A DNA stretch of 13,008 bases from an uncultured bacterium (GTDB lineage Bacteria; Schekmanbacteria; GWA2-38-11; J061), in assembly GCA_964549305.1 (NCBI GenBank), contig CAZJVM010000048.1, forward strand, positions 7,102 to 20,109, given 5' to 3'. This document shows positions 1-7,098 of this stretch, one piece after another. The notes beneath the pieces are model-generated. The model had not been told where the DNA came from, did no database searches, and saw only the letters and a program-made list of their open reading frames with translations. The first letter of the stretch is position 1. Each line of letters begins with the position of its first letter. The translations under genes were made by a program, and so were the position numbers.

Positions 1-416
1 CCGCTCAAAGTTTTGAGAGAAATTCTCAGAGAATTTGAACTGTCGGGGTCTTTCGCGATTCTTTCCGCGAGGGAGTCAAACGCGTCTTCGGGGCGTCCCA
101 TTTTCTTTGCAAGCAGGCGTGTGAATTTCAGTATGTCGTCTCTTTTTGTCAGTCTTTCTCCCGGACCTTCAACTATTGCCGCGCGCCATTTCGTGTGATT
201 CGGGTCTGAATCGCATATTTTGAATGCCACATTGGGATTTGACCTTACGCAGTTTGCCATTCTTCCTCCCGGTCTTGACCCGCAATAAAGGTATTCGTCA
301 TCGCTTGCATAACTTACTTCAACGGCATAGGGCTTATTGCCGTCAACTGCCATAAGCATTCCCCATCTCCATTCGGCAATAAAATCTTTAATTTCTTTTT
401 CTGTCATTTCCCGCAT
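1..416 (-). CDS. Pyridoxamine 5'-phosphate oxidase-like (NimA-type) FMN-binding split-barrel protein, 3' end runs off the window
   Basis: Not in the ORF track; translated by hand. ATG at 416 follows an AGGAGG SD (424-429), and the frame stays open to position 1: MREMTEKEIKDFIAEWRWGMLMAVDGNKPYAVEVSYASDDEYLYCGSRPGGRMANCVRSNPNVAFKICD...WRAAIVEG...LRISLKTLSG. The PY-x-V, NP-x-V-x-F, W-x-x-x-I-V-x-G and terminal 'SG' patterns match this family. Confidence 0.8.
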   Translation of the reverse strand, partial: MREMTEKEIKDFIAEWRWGMLMAVDGNKPYAVEVSYASDDEYLYCGSRPGGRMANCVRSNPNVAFKICDSDPNHTKWRAAIVEGPGERLTKRDDILKFTRLLAKKMGRPEDAFDSLAERIAKDPDSSNSLRISLKTLS

Positions 417-453
417 AATCTTCCCTCCTGAATTCTATTTATAACTTTAATAA

Positions 454-481
454 AATATTCAAATGATGAACTTTGAATATT
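454..481. promoter_or_regulatory. Perfect inverted repeat, candidate repressor operator
   Basis: AATATTCAAA (454-463), 8-nt spacer, TTTGAATATT (472-481). It is intergenic, about 40-65 nt upstream of the ATG at 416. Confidence 0.5.
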
Positions 482-506
482 AAGTAAATACTGGCTGAAA
501 AATCAA
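477..506 (-). promoter_or_regulatory. Candidate sigma70 promoter for the PNPOx-like gene
   Basis: Minus strand reads TTGATT (506-501), 18-nt spacer, TAATAT (482-477). The region is AT-rich, so a chance match is possible. Confidence 0.35.
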
Positions 507-551
507 ATTTTTTATCGCGTTCCCGGAATATTGGTTGAAAAAGCGTGAAGT

Positions 552-1610
552 TCAGCTTTCCCCGCCCTTTTCTATAAAAAGAGTTTGTGTGGGGTATGCG
601 AACTCTATTTTTTCCTCTGCGAATTTTTTATAGAGGGCAATGTTAATCCTCTGCTGTACATCCATATAGATATTGTAATCCCGGGAAAGCACATAATAAA
701 CGATTTCGAAATTGAGTGAGAAATCTCCATAGTTTTTAAAATGCGCCCTGTCAAAGCGCGCAAGTTCTTCGGCTGTTATAATTTCCCTGATTATGCCGGG
801 AATCAATTCGAGCTGTTCCGCGGATGTCTGATATGTCACTCCGAGAGAAAAGATGATACGCCTTTCCATCATCTGTTTGTAGTTTCTTATTCTGCTGGAG
901 AGCAGGTCGGTGTTTGAAACCACTATCATCTCACCTGAGAGACTACGTACGCGCGTGGTTTTAAGCCCTATTTTTTCCACCGTGCCGAGAATGTCGCCCA
1001 CGACAATGAAATCTCCGATTACAAAGGGCTTGTCGAGGACTATGGAAAGAGAAGCGAAGAGGTCGCCTAAAATATTCTGCACGGCAAGCGCTACGGCGAT
1101 ACCGCCAACGCCCAGGCCTGCTGCAAGGGCGGTAACATTGATTCCGAAGTTGTCAAGTATCATCAGAATGACAATGGACCAGAGGATGAATTTTCCGATG
1201 AATGCCAGAGAATTAAAAAGGGTGAGTTTTGCAGTATCCTGGTCAACCTTCTTTTTCATTATAAAGGGGAAGCCGATTGTTATTATAGCGTTAGACCATA
1301 TTGCCGCCTGAAAGAGAAGTGCCGCGATGGCAATATTCTTCAGGATATTAATCTCCTTTAGCGGAAGGCTCAGAAGGTTTGACGCGATGAAGATGGATAA
1401 AATCAGCATGCAGAGAAATTTTGTTTTTTTCAGGATTTCCACGACCATATCATCTATTTCAGTATCAGTGCTTTCCGCAAAAGCGGTAAGACTTTTGAAA
1501 ACGATTCTTCTCACTATGTATAATGCCCATAGGATAAAAAGTGCCGAAATCAGCGCGATAATCCAGTTTTGAAGAGAGTTCCCGTGCCATTGCATAGCTA
1601 AAAACTCCAT
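552..1610 (-). CDS. Small-conductance mechanosensitive channel, MscS family (YnaI-like, extra N-terminal TM helices)
   Basis: 352 aa with several N-terminal hydrophobic helices, pore helix AGLGVGGIAVALAVQNILGDLFAS, KPFVIGDFI...GTVEKIGLKTTRVRSLSGE...VSN, and C-terminal IEFAYPTQTL. A GGGAGG SD lies at the end of trmJ. Confidence 0.95.
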   Translation of the reverse strand: MEFLAMQWHGNSLQNWIIALISALFILWALYIVRRIVFKSLTAFAESTDTEIDDMVVEILKKTKFLCMLILSIFIASNLLSLPLKEINILKNIAIAALLFQAAIWSNAIITIGFPFIMKKKVDQDTAKLTLFNSLAFIGKFILWSIVILMILDNFGINVTALAAGLGVGGIAVALAVQNILGDLFASLSIVLDKPFVIGDFIVVGDILGTVEKIGLKTTRVRSLSGEMIVVSNTDLLSSRIRNYKQMMERRIIFSLGVTYQTSAEQLELIPGIIREIITAEELARFDRAHFKNYGDFSLNFEIVYYVLSRDYNIYMDVQQRINIALYKKFAEEKIEFAYPTQTLFIEKGGES

Positions 1611-1616
1611 TGTATG

Positions 1617-2339
1617 TTACCTCCCTTTTTTACGTATTTCCCTGCACAGTCCGAGAAACATATTCAACTCAGCGCCGGTAAGACCATTTCGCGCGAAGAG
1701 TTTTTTCATTGTACGCATTATAGAGTGTTTCATATCTTTATTACCTCTTTTTTCGTAACCGAGATATGAAAGTGTATCATTTATTTCCGCAAATAAAAAA
1801 TCAAGTTTTTTTATGGGGATTGATTTAATGGTTTGTGAAGAAGGTGATTTTGTCTTGTATTGAGAAAGCTCATATGCCGCAATCAGCACTGCCTGGGCAA
1901 GATTAAGCGAAGAGGAAATTCTCCCCGTTGGAATTGTAATGAGAAATGTGCACTTTTCGGTTTCTTCATTTGAAAGCCCCGAACTCTCTCTGCCGAAAAC
2001 AAGCGAGACTTTGTTTGTTCTCCCTCTTTCTATGATGGTTTTTATTCCTTCATCAAAGCTAAAAAATTGTCCTCGTTTTTTGCCTTTTCTTCGCGTAAGA
2101 CCTGCGACAAGTGATGAGCCTGAAACTGCATCGTCAAAGTTTTCATAGGTTTTCGCATTCTTGAGAACATTGGTTCCATTCATAGCGAAATTGAGCGCTT
2201 CTTCTTCAAGATGCACTTTGGAGTTCACTATGACAAGGTTCTTGAATCCCATATTGTATATTGCCCTTGCCGAAGCACCTGTGTTGCCCGCCTTCCCCGG
2301 TTCAAGAAGAACGAAGGATATATTTTTTTCAAGTGACAT
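1617..2339 (-). CDS. trmJ: SPOUT-family RNA methyltransferase, TrmJ/LasT (TrmH group 1)
   Basis: Motifs VLLEP..AGNTGASARAIYNMG, LVFGRESSGLSNEE and SSLNLAQAVLIAAYEL, plus the TrmJ-type C-terminal extension (..KKLFARNGLTGAELNMFLG). Confidence 0.85.
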   Translation of the reverse strand: MSLEKNISFVLLEPGKAGNTGASARAIYNMGFKNLVIVNSKVHLEEEALNFAMNGTNVLKNAKTYENFDDAVSGSSLVAGLTRRKGKKRGQFFSFDEGIKTIIERGRTNKVSLVFGRESSGLSNEETEKCTFLITIPTGRISSSLNLAQAVLIAAYELSQYKTKSPSSQTIKSIPIKKLDFLFAEINDTLSYLGYEKRGNKDMKHSIMRTMKKLFARNGLTGAELNMFLGLCREIRKKGR

Positions 2340-2352
2340 AATTCAGAATTGC

Positions 2353-4251
2353 TCAAACAGTTTTCTTCCTCATATCTTTTATCGATGTTTTTGGATACCA
2401 GGTGGATTTAGCTCCAGGTCCAAGGCGCTCGACGACAACATCGAGAAGATACGGTTCGCCGCTCTTTATGGCGCTCTTTGCCCGTTCAAGTGCGGGTTTG
2501 ATTTCATCAGCTTTTTCTATCTTTTCCCCCTGCACTCCGAAACTCTTCGCGTAGCCCGCGTAGTCAACATCGGGATTTCCCAGATAACAGGCAATATCTT
2601 TTCCCATCTGCCCCTGTTTTCTCCCCATTGAAAACATCCTGCTTCTCGGGCCGTCATAGCTTCTGTTGTTATAAACACACGTTAGAAGGGGAACTTCATA
2701 TCTTGCCGCGCTCCAGAGAGCGGAGCATCCGCAAAACATCAATCCCCCGTCGCCTATGAGAGAAACAACCTGCCTGTCAGGTTCAGCGATTTGTACTCCC
2801 ACTGCCGCGCCGTGTCCCCATCCGAGCGCTGAACCCATTGTCCAGCCAATGCATTTCTTTCCCGATGGCGAGAAATCTATTAAATCGGTTGACCCCCAGG
2901 GGTTTTCAACCTCGGGAACGATTATTGCGTCATCATCGAGAGTATTGTTTAGCTCGGAAGTGAATCTCTCCCAGGAGAGCGGAGATTTGTCCCATTTTTT
3001 CTTTATGCGGTCCTTCTGCCTTTTTACCAGTCTTTGCCTGAAGGATAAAATTTTGGATTCCCTCGATGCTTTAATTTTAGCTATCCTTTCTTTTGAGAGG
3101 CGCGATTTTATTTCGTCAATAATTCCTCTTATCGTTTTTTTGACATTCCCGGCAATTCCAATATCCACGGGCTTTACACGCGCGATATCGGCGGTATCGA
3201 TGCGGGCGTGGATTATTTTTGCCCCGTCGGGAAGAGGACCCGGCATGCCAAGCGCCATCATACTCATATCAGGCATCTGAGTGCCGAAGTTGATGAATAA
3301 ATCAATGGCGAAATCGTAGGTCAGCCCTGCCATATATTTTCCGTGAAATAAATTATGCCCCGTGGGAAAATCCTTGTAAACACTTGCGCCCTGAGTCACG
3401 GGTATGTTCAAAAGCTCCGCGAGTTCCACCAAATCATCTGCCGCAAGCGCTCTCGTCACTTCGTGTCCCGCGTGAATGAGAGGCGCTTTTGCGTTGATTA
3501 GCATTTTAGCGGCTTTTTCGATTAAAGCGGAATCGGGCTCCATCTCCGTCGAGAATTCATAGTAATCGGGGAAGGGAATCTGTGCCGATATTTTGTCCGC
3601 GGACATTATATTGCTCGGCACCATAAGGTATGCCGGGCCTCCCGGCGCTATCTTTGACAGTTGAAAAGCCCGTTTAACGAGTTCGGGAATTCTTTCGGGC
3701 CACCTCGCCATCCAGCGCCACTTCGTGAATTGCTCGATTGCTTCCAGCCAGTCGTCTACATCTTCAAAACCGTTTCGCCCCGCGAACCTGCTGTCAGGAC
3801 CGTCAGTCACTATGACAAGGGAGGACTGGTCTTTCCAGGCGTTGTAAAGATTGTTCGAGGCGTGGGGAATGCCTATACGCGACATATTTATAAAACCGGT
3901 TTTACCGGTTGCCAGATGATATCCTTCCGCCATTGCAACCACCTGGCCTTCTTCGGTGCCCAGTATGAATCGCGGTTTGTCCCTTTCCACAAGGGCGTCG
4001 TAAAAAGGATATACGCCCGTGCCGTTGGCGCCGAATATATATTCAACTCCTGCGGCAGATGCCGTTTCAACAATCAATTCTCCCCCCGTGCCCGTAAAAT
4101 CTTTTGTTTTTACCGCTTTGGCGGGTTTATCCTCTATGGATCGGGCAAAAGATGTACTGCCTTTCAAAGTGAGTCCCGCGGCAACGAGCGCTTGTATGAA
4201 ACTTCTTCTTGTAAGGTTTCCGTCAATGTAATCCTTTATAAGTTCTTTCAT
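2353..4251 (-). CDS. Thiamine diphosphate-dependent enzyme (benzoylformate decarboxylase/acetolactate synthase superfamily) with putative Tat signal peptide
   Basis: 632 aa. PYR domain GVEYIFG...GTEEGQVVAMAEGY carries the cofactor-activating Glu, followed by PGGPAYL. The ThDP/Mg motif is GDGG...YNN, preceded by GSALGWGHGAAVG. The N-terminus has TRRSFIQ, a hydrophobic stretch and SFA. Confidence 0.9.
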   Translation of the reverse strand: MKELIKDYIDGNLTRRSFIQALVAAGLTLKGSTSFARSIEDKPAKAVKTKDFTGTGGELIVETASAAGVEYIFGANGTGVYPFYDALVERDKPRFILGTEEGQVVAMAEGYHLATGKTGFINMSRIGIPHASNNLYNAWKDQSSLVIVTDGPDSRFAGRNGFEDVDDWLEAIEQFTKWRWMARWPERIPELVKRAFQLSKIAPGGPAYLMVPSNIMSADKISAQIPFPDYYEFSTEMEPDSALIEKAAKMLINAKAPLIHAGHEVTRALAADDLVELAELLNIPVTQGASVYKDFPTGHNLFHGKYMAGLTYDFAIDLFINFGTQMPDMSMMALGMPGPLPDGAKIIHARIDTADIARVKPVDIGIAGNVKKTIRGIIDEIKSRLSKERIAKIKASRESKILSFRQRLVKRQKDRIKKKWDKSPLSWERFTSELNNTLDDDAIIVPEVENPWGSTDLIDFSPSGKKCIGWTMGSALGWGHGAAVGVQIAEPDRQVVSLIGDGGLMFCGCSALWSAARYEVPLLTCVYNNRSYDGPRSRMFSMGRKQGQMGKDIACYLGNPDVDYAGYAKSFGVQGEKIEKADEIKPALERAKSAIKSGEPYLLDVVVERLGPGAKSTWYPKTSIKDMRKKTV

Positions 4252-4349
4252 TTTTTACCCCCCCCGCGGTAAGTGTTTTTAAAGAATGCAAAAGACGGCA
4301 ACGGCAAATATCTGTCTTTTAGAGGCAGACACATTTGAATCGGACATTG

Positions 4350-5306
4350 TTAAAAGTGAATCTTGAAAGCTATGGATTTTAAATCCTTATCTTCTTTTAA
4401 AAAGTTTCTTCCCTTCATCGTGAGCGCCAGGGCATTGTCCAGATAATTGTTTTGAAGTTTTCTATTGTATTTGTGAGTGTTGGAGACGGCATTGTATATG
4501 TTTCCCGTGTACCATCCGAATTCGAAGAATGAGAGAATTGCCCCTGCCACATAAATATCGCGGTTGAAAGATTCAATTGCGCCCCAGGCGAAAAGACCGT
4601 TTAGCAGAAAAGCGAATACAGCATCTTTTTTTCTTCCCGAATAAACCTGTCCCGCGCCGGGAAGCACCGAGGACATTAATCCCGCAAGCATAGGGGATTT
4701 CAGCTTTAACTCTTTCACGCCTTTAAGATTTTCGAGAAGTTTATCGGCGTCTTCCTTTTCCCCGCTTTTTTCTTTGATATTTCCGAGTTCTCTTTCAGCG
4801 TCTTCATAGCGTCCTTCCCTGATGAGATTTTTTCCCAGCAGAAGCTTGAGCTTTTCCGCCACATCGCTGTCAGGCATCTCCTTTTCTATTTCGTTGAGAA
4901 GTCTCATCGCCGAATCTCTGTCCTTTGTTTTTATGAAGGAATTCGCAAGGTTGAGGATGGCTTCTTCGAGTCTCGCGTTTTCGGGATATTTGTTCAGAAA
5001 GTCCCTGTATGAATCTATTGCTTCGGAATATTTTTCCGCCTTGTAGTAGGAGTTTGCGATGCCGATTCGCGCGTCCGGAATTTTCGGAGACAGGGGGTAA
5101 TAGGATATAAACCTTTTGTATTCCGTTATAGCTCTGTAATAATCGCCTTCGCCAAGAAGGTTGCCGGCAAACTTCAGAAGGCGCTCAGCTTCCTTTTCTT
5201 CGCCGCTTTGGTTTTGGGCGGGCGATGAGGCAGGGAAAAATGCAAGAAAGAGGAATAAGAGAATAATTGGAATCAGGTCATAAGATAGATTGTTATTTTT
5301 TTTCAT
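4350..5306 (-). CDS. Secreted/membrane TPR protein (BamD/CpoB-like TPRs) with a C-terminal hydrophobic PGxGQ domain
   Basis: Sec-type signal (LIPIILLFLFLAFFPASSPA). TPRs include GDYYRAITEYKRFISYYP and EKYSEAIDSYRDFLNKYP. The C-terminal part has KSPMLAGLMSSVLPGAGQVYSG and two more hydrophobic segments. The start overlaps the upstream gene by 14 nt. Confidence 0.8.
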   Translation of the reverse strand: MKKNNNLSYDLIPIILLFLFLAFFPASSPAQNQSGEEKEAERLLKFAGNLLGEGDYYRAITEYKRFISYYPLSPKIPDARIGIANSYYKAEKYSEAIDSYRDFLNKYPENARLEEAILNLANSFIKTKDRDSAMRLLNEIEKEMPDSDVAEKLKLLLGKNLIREGRYEDAERELGNIKEKSGEKEDADKLLENLKGVKELKLKSPMLAGLMSSVLPGAGQVYSGRKKDAVFAFLLNGLFAWGAIESFNRDIYVAGAILSFFEFGWYTGNIYNAVSNTHKYNRKLQNNYLDNALALTMKGRNFLKEDKDLKSIAFKIHF

Positions 5307-5745
5307 CTGTCCACCAGAAATCGTTGTTTGAAAGAGGGTCAGCGATGTAATAGCGATTACCTTTTTTTATGAGCTTTCCCCTTTCAAGCTCTTCCGCTTC
5401 GTGCATCAGGCGGTCCGTTGTCATCATCAGGCCGATTATGGCGCCGTGTTTTTTGAGCGCTTCTCTCGAGTAATGTGAGCAACTTGGATACATACTGCAG
5501 TTTGTGGAGGTGAGGTTGGACGCTCCGTACTGATAAACGGTCAACCCCGCGTTGAGAAAAGCGAGAAAAGGGTTTTTCAGGGCGTTCAATATTCTGCTTT
5601 CCGTTTTATCGGAAGAGGAAGTTGAAAAGGTTTTTGTTTTGTAAAATTCATCGGGACTCTTCAGTCCTTTGGAATGAGAAAGCGGGGCAATCAGAAGAAG
5701 TGCGGCAACTGATAAAACGATATGCCTGCTGAAATTTAATTTCAT
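5293..5745 (-). CDS. YidD-like (membrane protein insertion efficiency factor / 'haemolytic' domain) protein with N-terminal signal peptide
   Basis: Core YQ...NCSMYPSCSHYSREALKKHGAIIGLMMTTDRL...DP matches YidD C-x-F/Y-x-P-T/S-C-S-x-Y...HG...G...R. The ATG lies 1 nt after the mobA TGA. Confidence 0.8.
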   Translation of the reverse strand: MKLNFSRHIVLSVAALLLIAPLSHSKGLKSPDEFYKTKTFSTSSSDKTESRILNALKNPFLAFLNAGLTVYQYGASNLTSTNCSMYPSCSHYSREALKKHGAIIGLMMTTDRLMHEAEELERGKLIKKGNRYYIADPLSNNDFWWTDEKK

Positions 5746-5746
5746 A

Positions 5747-6382
5747 TCAGGAATTCTTTTTACTTAAAAGTGTATCTCTCGCGAAATCAAGGTCTTTTGA
5801 TGTATTGATATTCAGGAACATTCTTTTTTCCACGTCAAAACTTTCCCACGATATTTTCTCTATATATCTTACATTAACTTTCGGGAAAAGGTCTATAATT
5901 TTCAGGTTTCCCGACGCGAGAAGGTCTCTTACAGTGGGGAGGCAAGCCTTGGAGTATATTGCGTGAAGAGGCTGATAATGTCTGCCTTCGCGGGGAAGGA
6001 GAATGTCGTAATTTTTATTCTCCGAAATCATTTTCTCTATAAAAGGCAGTTCAATAAAAGGCATATCGCAGGATAGAAAAAAGTTGTAAAAGGTGGGAGA
6101 TTTTACCAGTCCCGTATAAATTCCTCCCAGCGAACCGCTTTCGGGAATAAGGTCATAGAGCACTTCGTTTTTTATATCCGGAAGCTTGCTGTCCCTTCTT
6201 GATATTATGACCACATTTTTAAAAACAGCGGAGACTTTTCTTATCATAAGTTCAAGAAGAGATTCGTCCCCTATCATGGTGTTTACTTTATCTTCGCCGA
6301 GTCTTTTGCTCCTTCCTCCGGCAAGAATGAAGCAAAACATATCGTCGTAATCCCATTCTCCGGGCGTGTTGAAAAAATTCAA
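5747..6382 (-). CDS. mobA: Molybdenum cofactor guanylyltransferase
   Basis: Motifs ILAGGRSKRLG.DK, GSLGGIYTGL, SCDMPF, QPLHAIY and FLNINT. The TTG start has an AAGGAG SD 7 nt upstream. It is adjacent to mobB and moeA. Confidence 0.92.
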   Translation of the reverse strand: MNFFNTPGEWDYDDMFCFILAGGRSKRLGEDKVNTMIGDESLLELMIRKVSAVFKNVVIISRRDSKLPDIKNEVLYDLIPESGSLGGIYTGLVKSPTFYNFFLSCDMPFIELPFIEKMISENKNYDILLPREGRHYQPLHAIYSKACLPTVRDLLASGNLKIIDLFPKVNVRYIEKISWESFDVEKRMFLNINTSKDLDFARDTLLSKKNS

Positions 6383-6411
6383 AAACCTTCTCCTTTGTAA
6401 TTTGAAAAAAT

Positions 6412-7077
6412 TTATTTTTTGTTTTTTATCTCTACCCTGATATCTCTGTTTTCTTCAATACCGTTTAATCCCTTAAGATAACCTTCTATCATCCCCTTAA
6501 GGGTTGTTTGAATAAAGGGCTTAAGAGATATCTCCTTGTCGTTTACGAAGAGTTTTACGGAAGGCGAATCACCGTTCTTTTCCTTGAGAAACTTTTTTTC
6601 GATGAGCGCCGCGACGCCTTGCGCGTCGTCGAGTCCGAATTTCGGCACATTTACCGGCAAATCAACATCAGTGACCAGTGCCACGAGCTTGTCGTCTTCT
6701 TCACAGAGCATCGTGTCGTGTACGCCTTTTCTGAATATCTCGATTTTCGGGAAGTTTTCCCTTTTGTAACCTTCCGTTAGAATGAGGTCGAGATTGTGAA
6801 AATATTTTGACCTTATTTCTTCAATGCAAAGGTCTGATTCGGAGTTTCTCACCAGCGCGAGTTTGTTGGGAGAGGACACGATAACCTGATAGGCGCCTGC
6901 CTGCTTGTGCCTCCAACTGTCTTTTCCCTTTACATCGAATTCAAAATCCTGATGGGAATGGTGCTTTACGGTGCCTACCGTATATCCGAGCGCGGTTAAT
7001 TTCGGTAAAAGTTTCTCAACGAATGTTGTCTTTCCCGAGTTTGATTTTCCTACAATAGAAATAACCGGTGGTAACAT
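6412..7077 (-). CDS. mobB: Molybdopterin-guanine dinucleotide biosynthesis protein B with C-terminal extension
   Basis: P-loop VGKSNSGKTT, GTVKHHSH, GKDSWRHKQAGA, DLILTEGYK...PKIE. Confidence 0.93.
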   Translation of the reverse strand: MLPPVISIVGKSNSGKTTFVEKLLPKLTALGYTVGTVKHHSHQDFEFDVKGKDSWRHKQAGAYQVIVSSPNKLALVRNSESDLCIEEIRSKYFHNLDLILTEGYKRENFPKIEIFRKGVHDTMLCEEDDKLVALVTDVDLPVNVPKFGLDDAQGVAALIEKKFLKEKNGDSPSVKLFVNDKEISLKPFIQTTLKGMIEGYLKGLNGIEENRDIRVEIKNKK

Positions 7078-7098
7078 TATTTTTTGCCTTTCATAATT

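Noticed and set aside
20-36. 17-bp palindrome AAATTCTC-A-GAGAATTT
   Set aside because: It is inside the PNPOx-like coding sequence with a 1-nt centre and occurs once; there is no support for a function from this window.
3888-4073. 61-aa minus-strand ORF nested out of frame in the ThDP gene
   Set aside because: It is short, fully overlaps a conserved domain and has no family features.
2353-4251. Assigning mdlC or ilvB to the ThDP enzyme
   Set aside because: Family-specific active-site motifs differ, and there is no ilvN/ilvC or mandelate pathway context.
4252-4349. TPP riboswitch or sigma54 promoter upstream of the ThDP enzyme
   Set aside because: The TPP aptamer hallmarks (CTGAGA, CCTGA...GCGTAGGGA-like) are absent, and the TTTGCA has no GG at the -24 position.
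4350-5306. Calling the TPR protein bamD
   Set aside because: It has no lipobox cysteine and has an extra hydrophobic C-terminal domain; only generic TPR similarity is visible.
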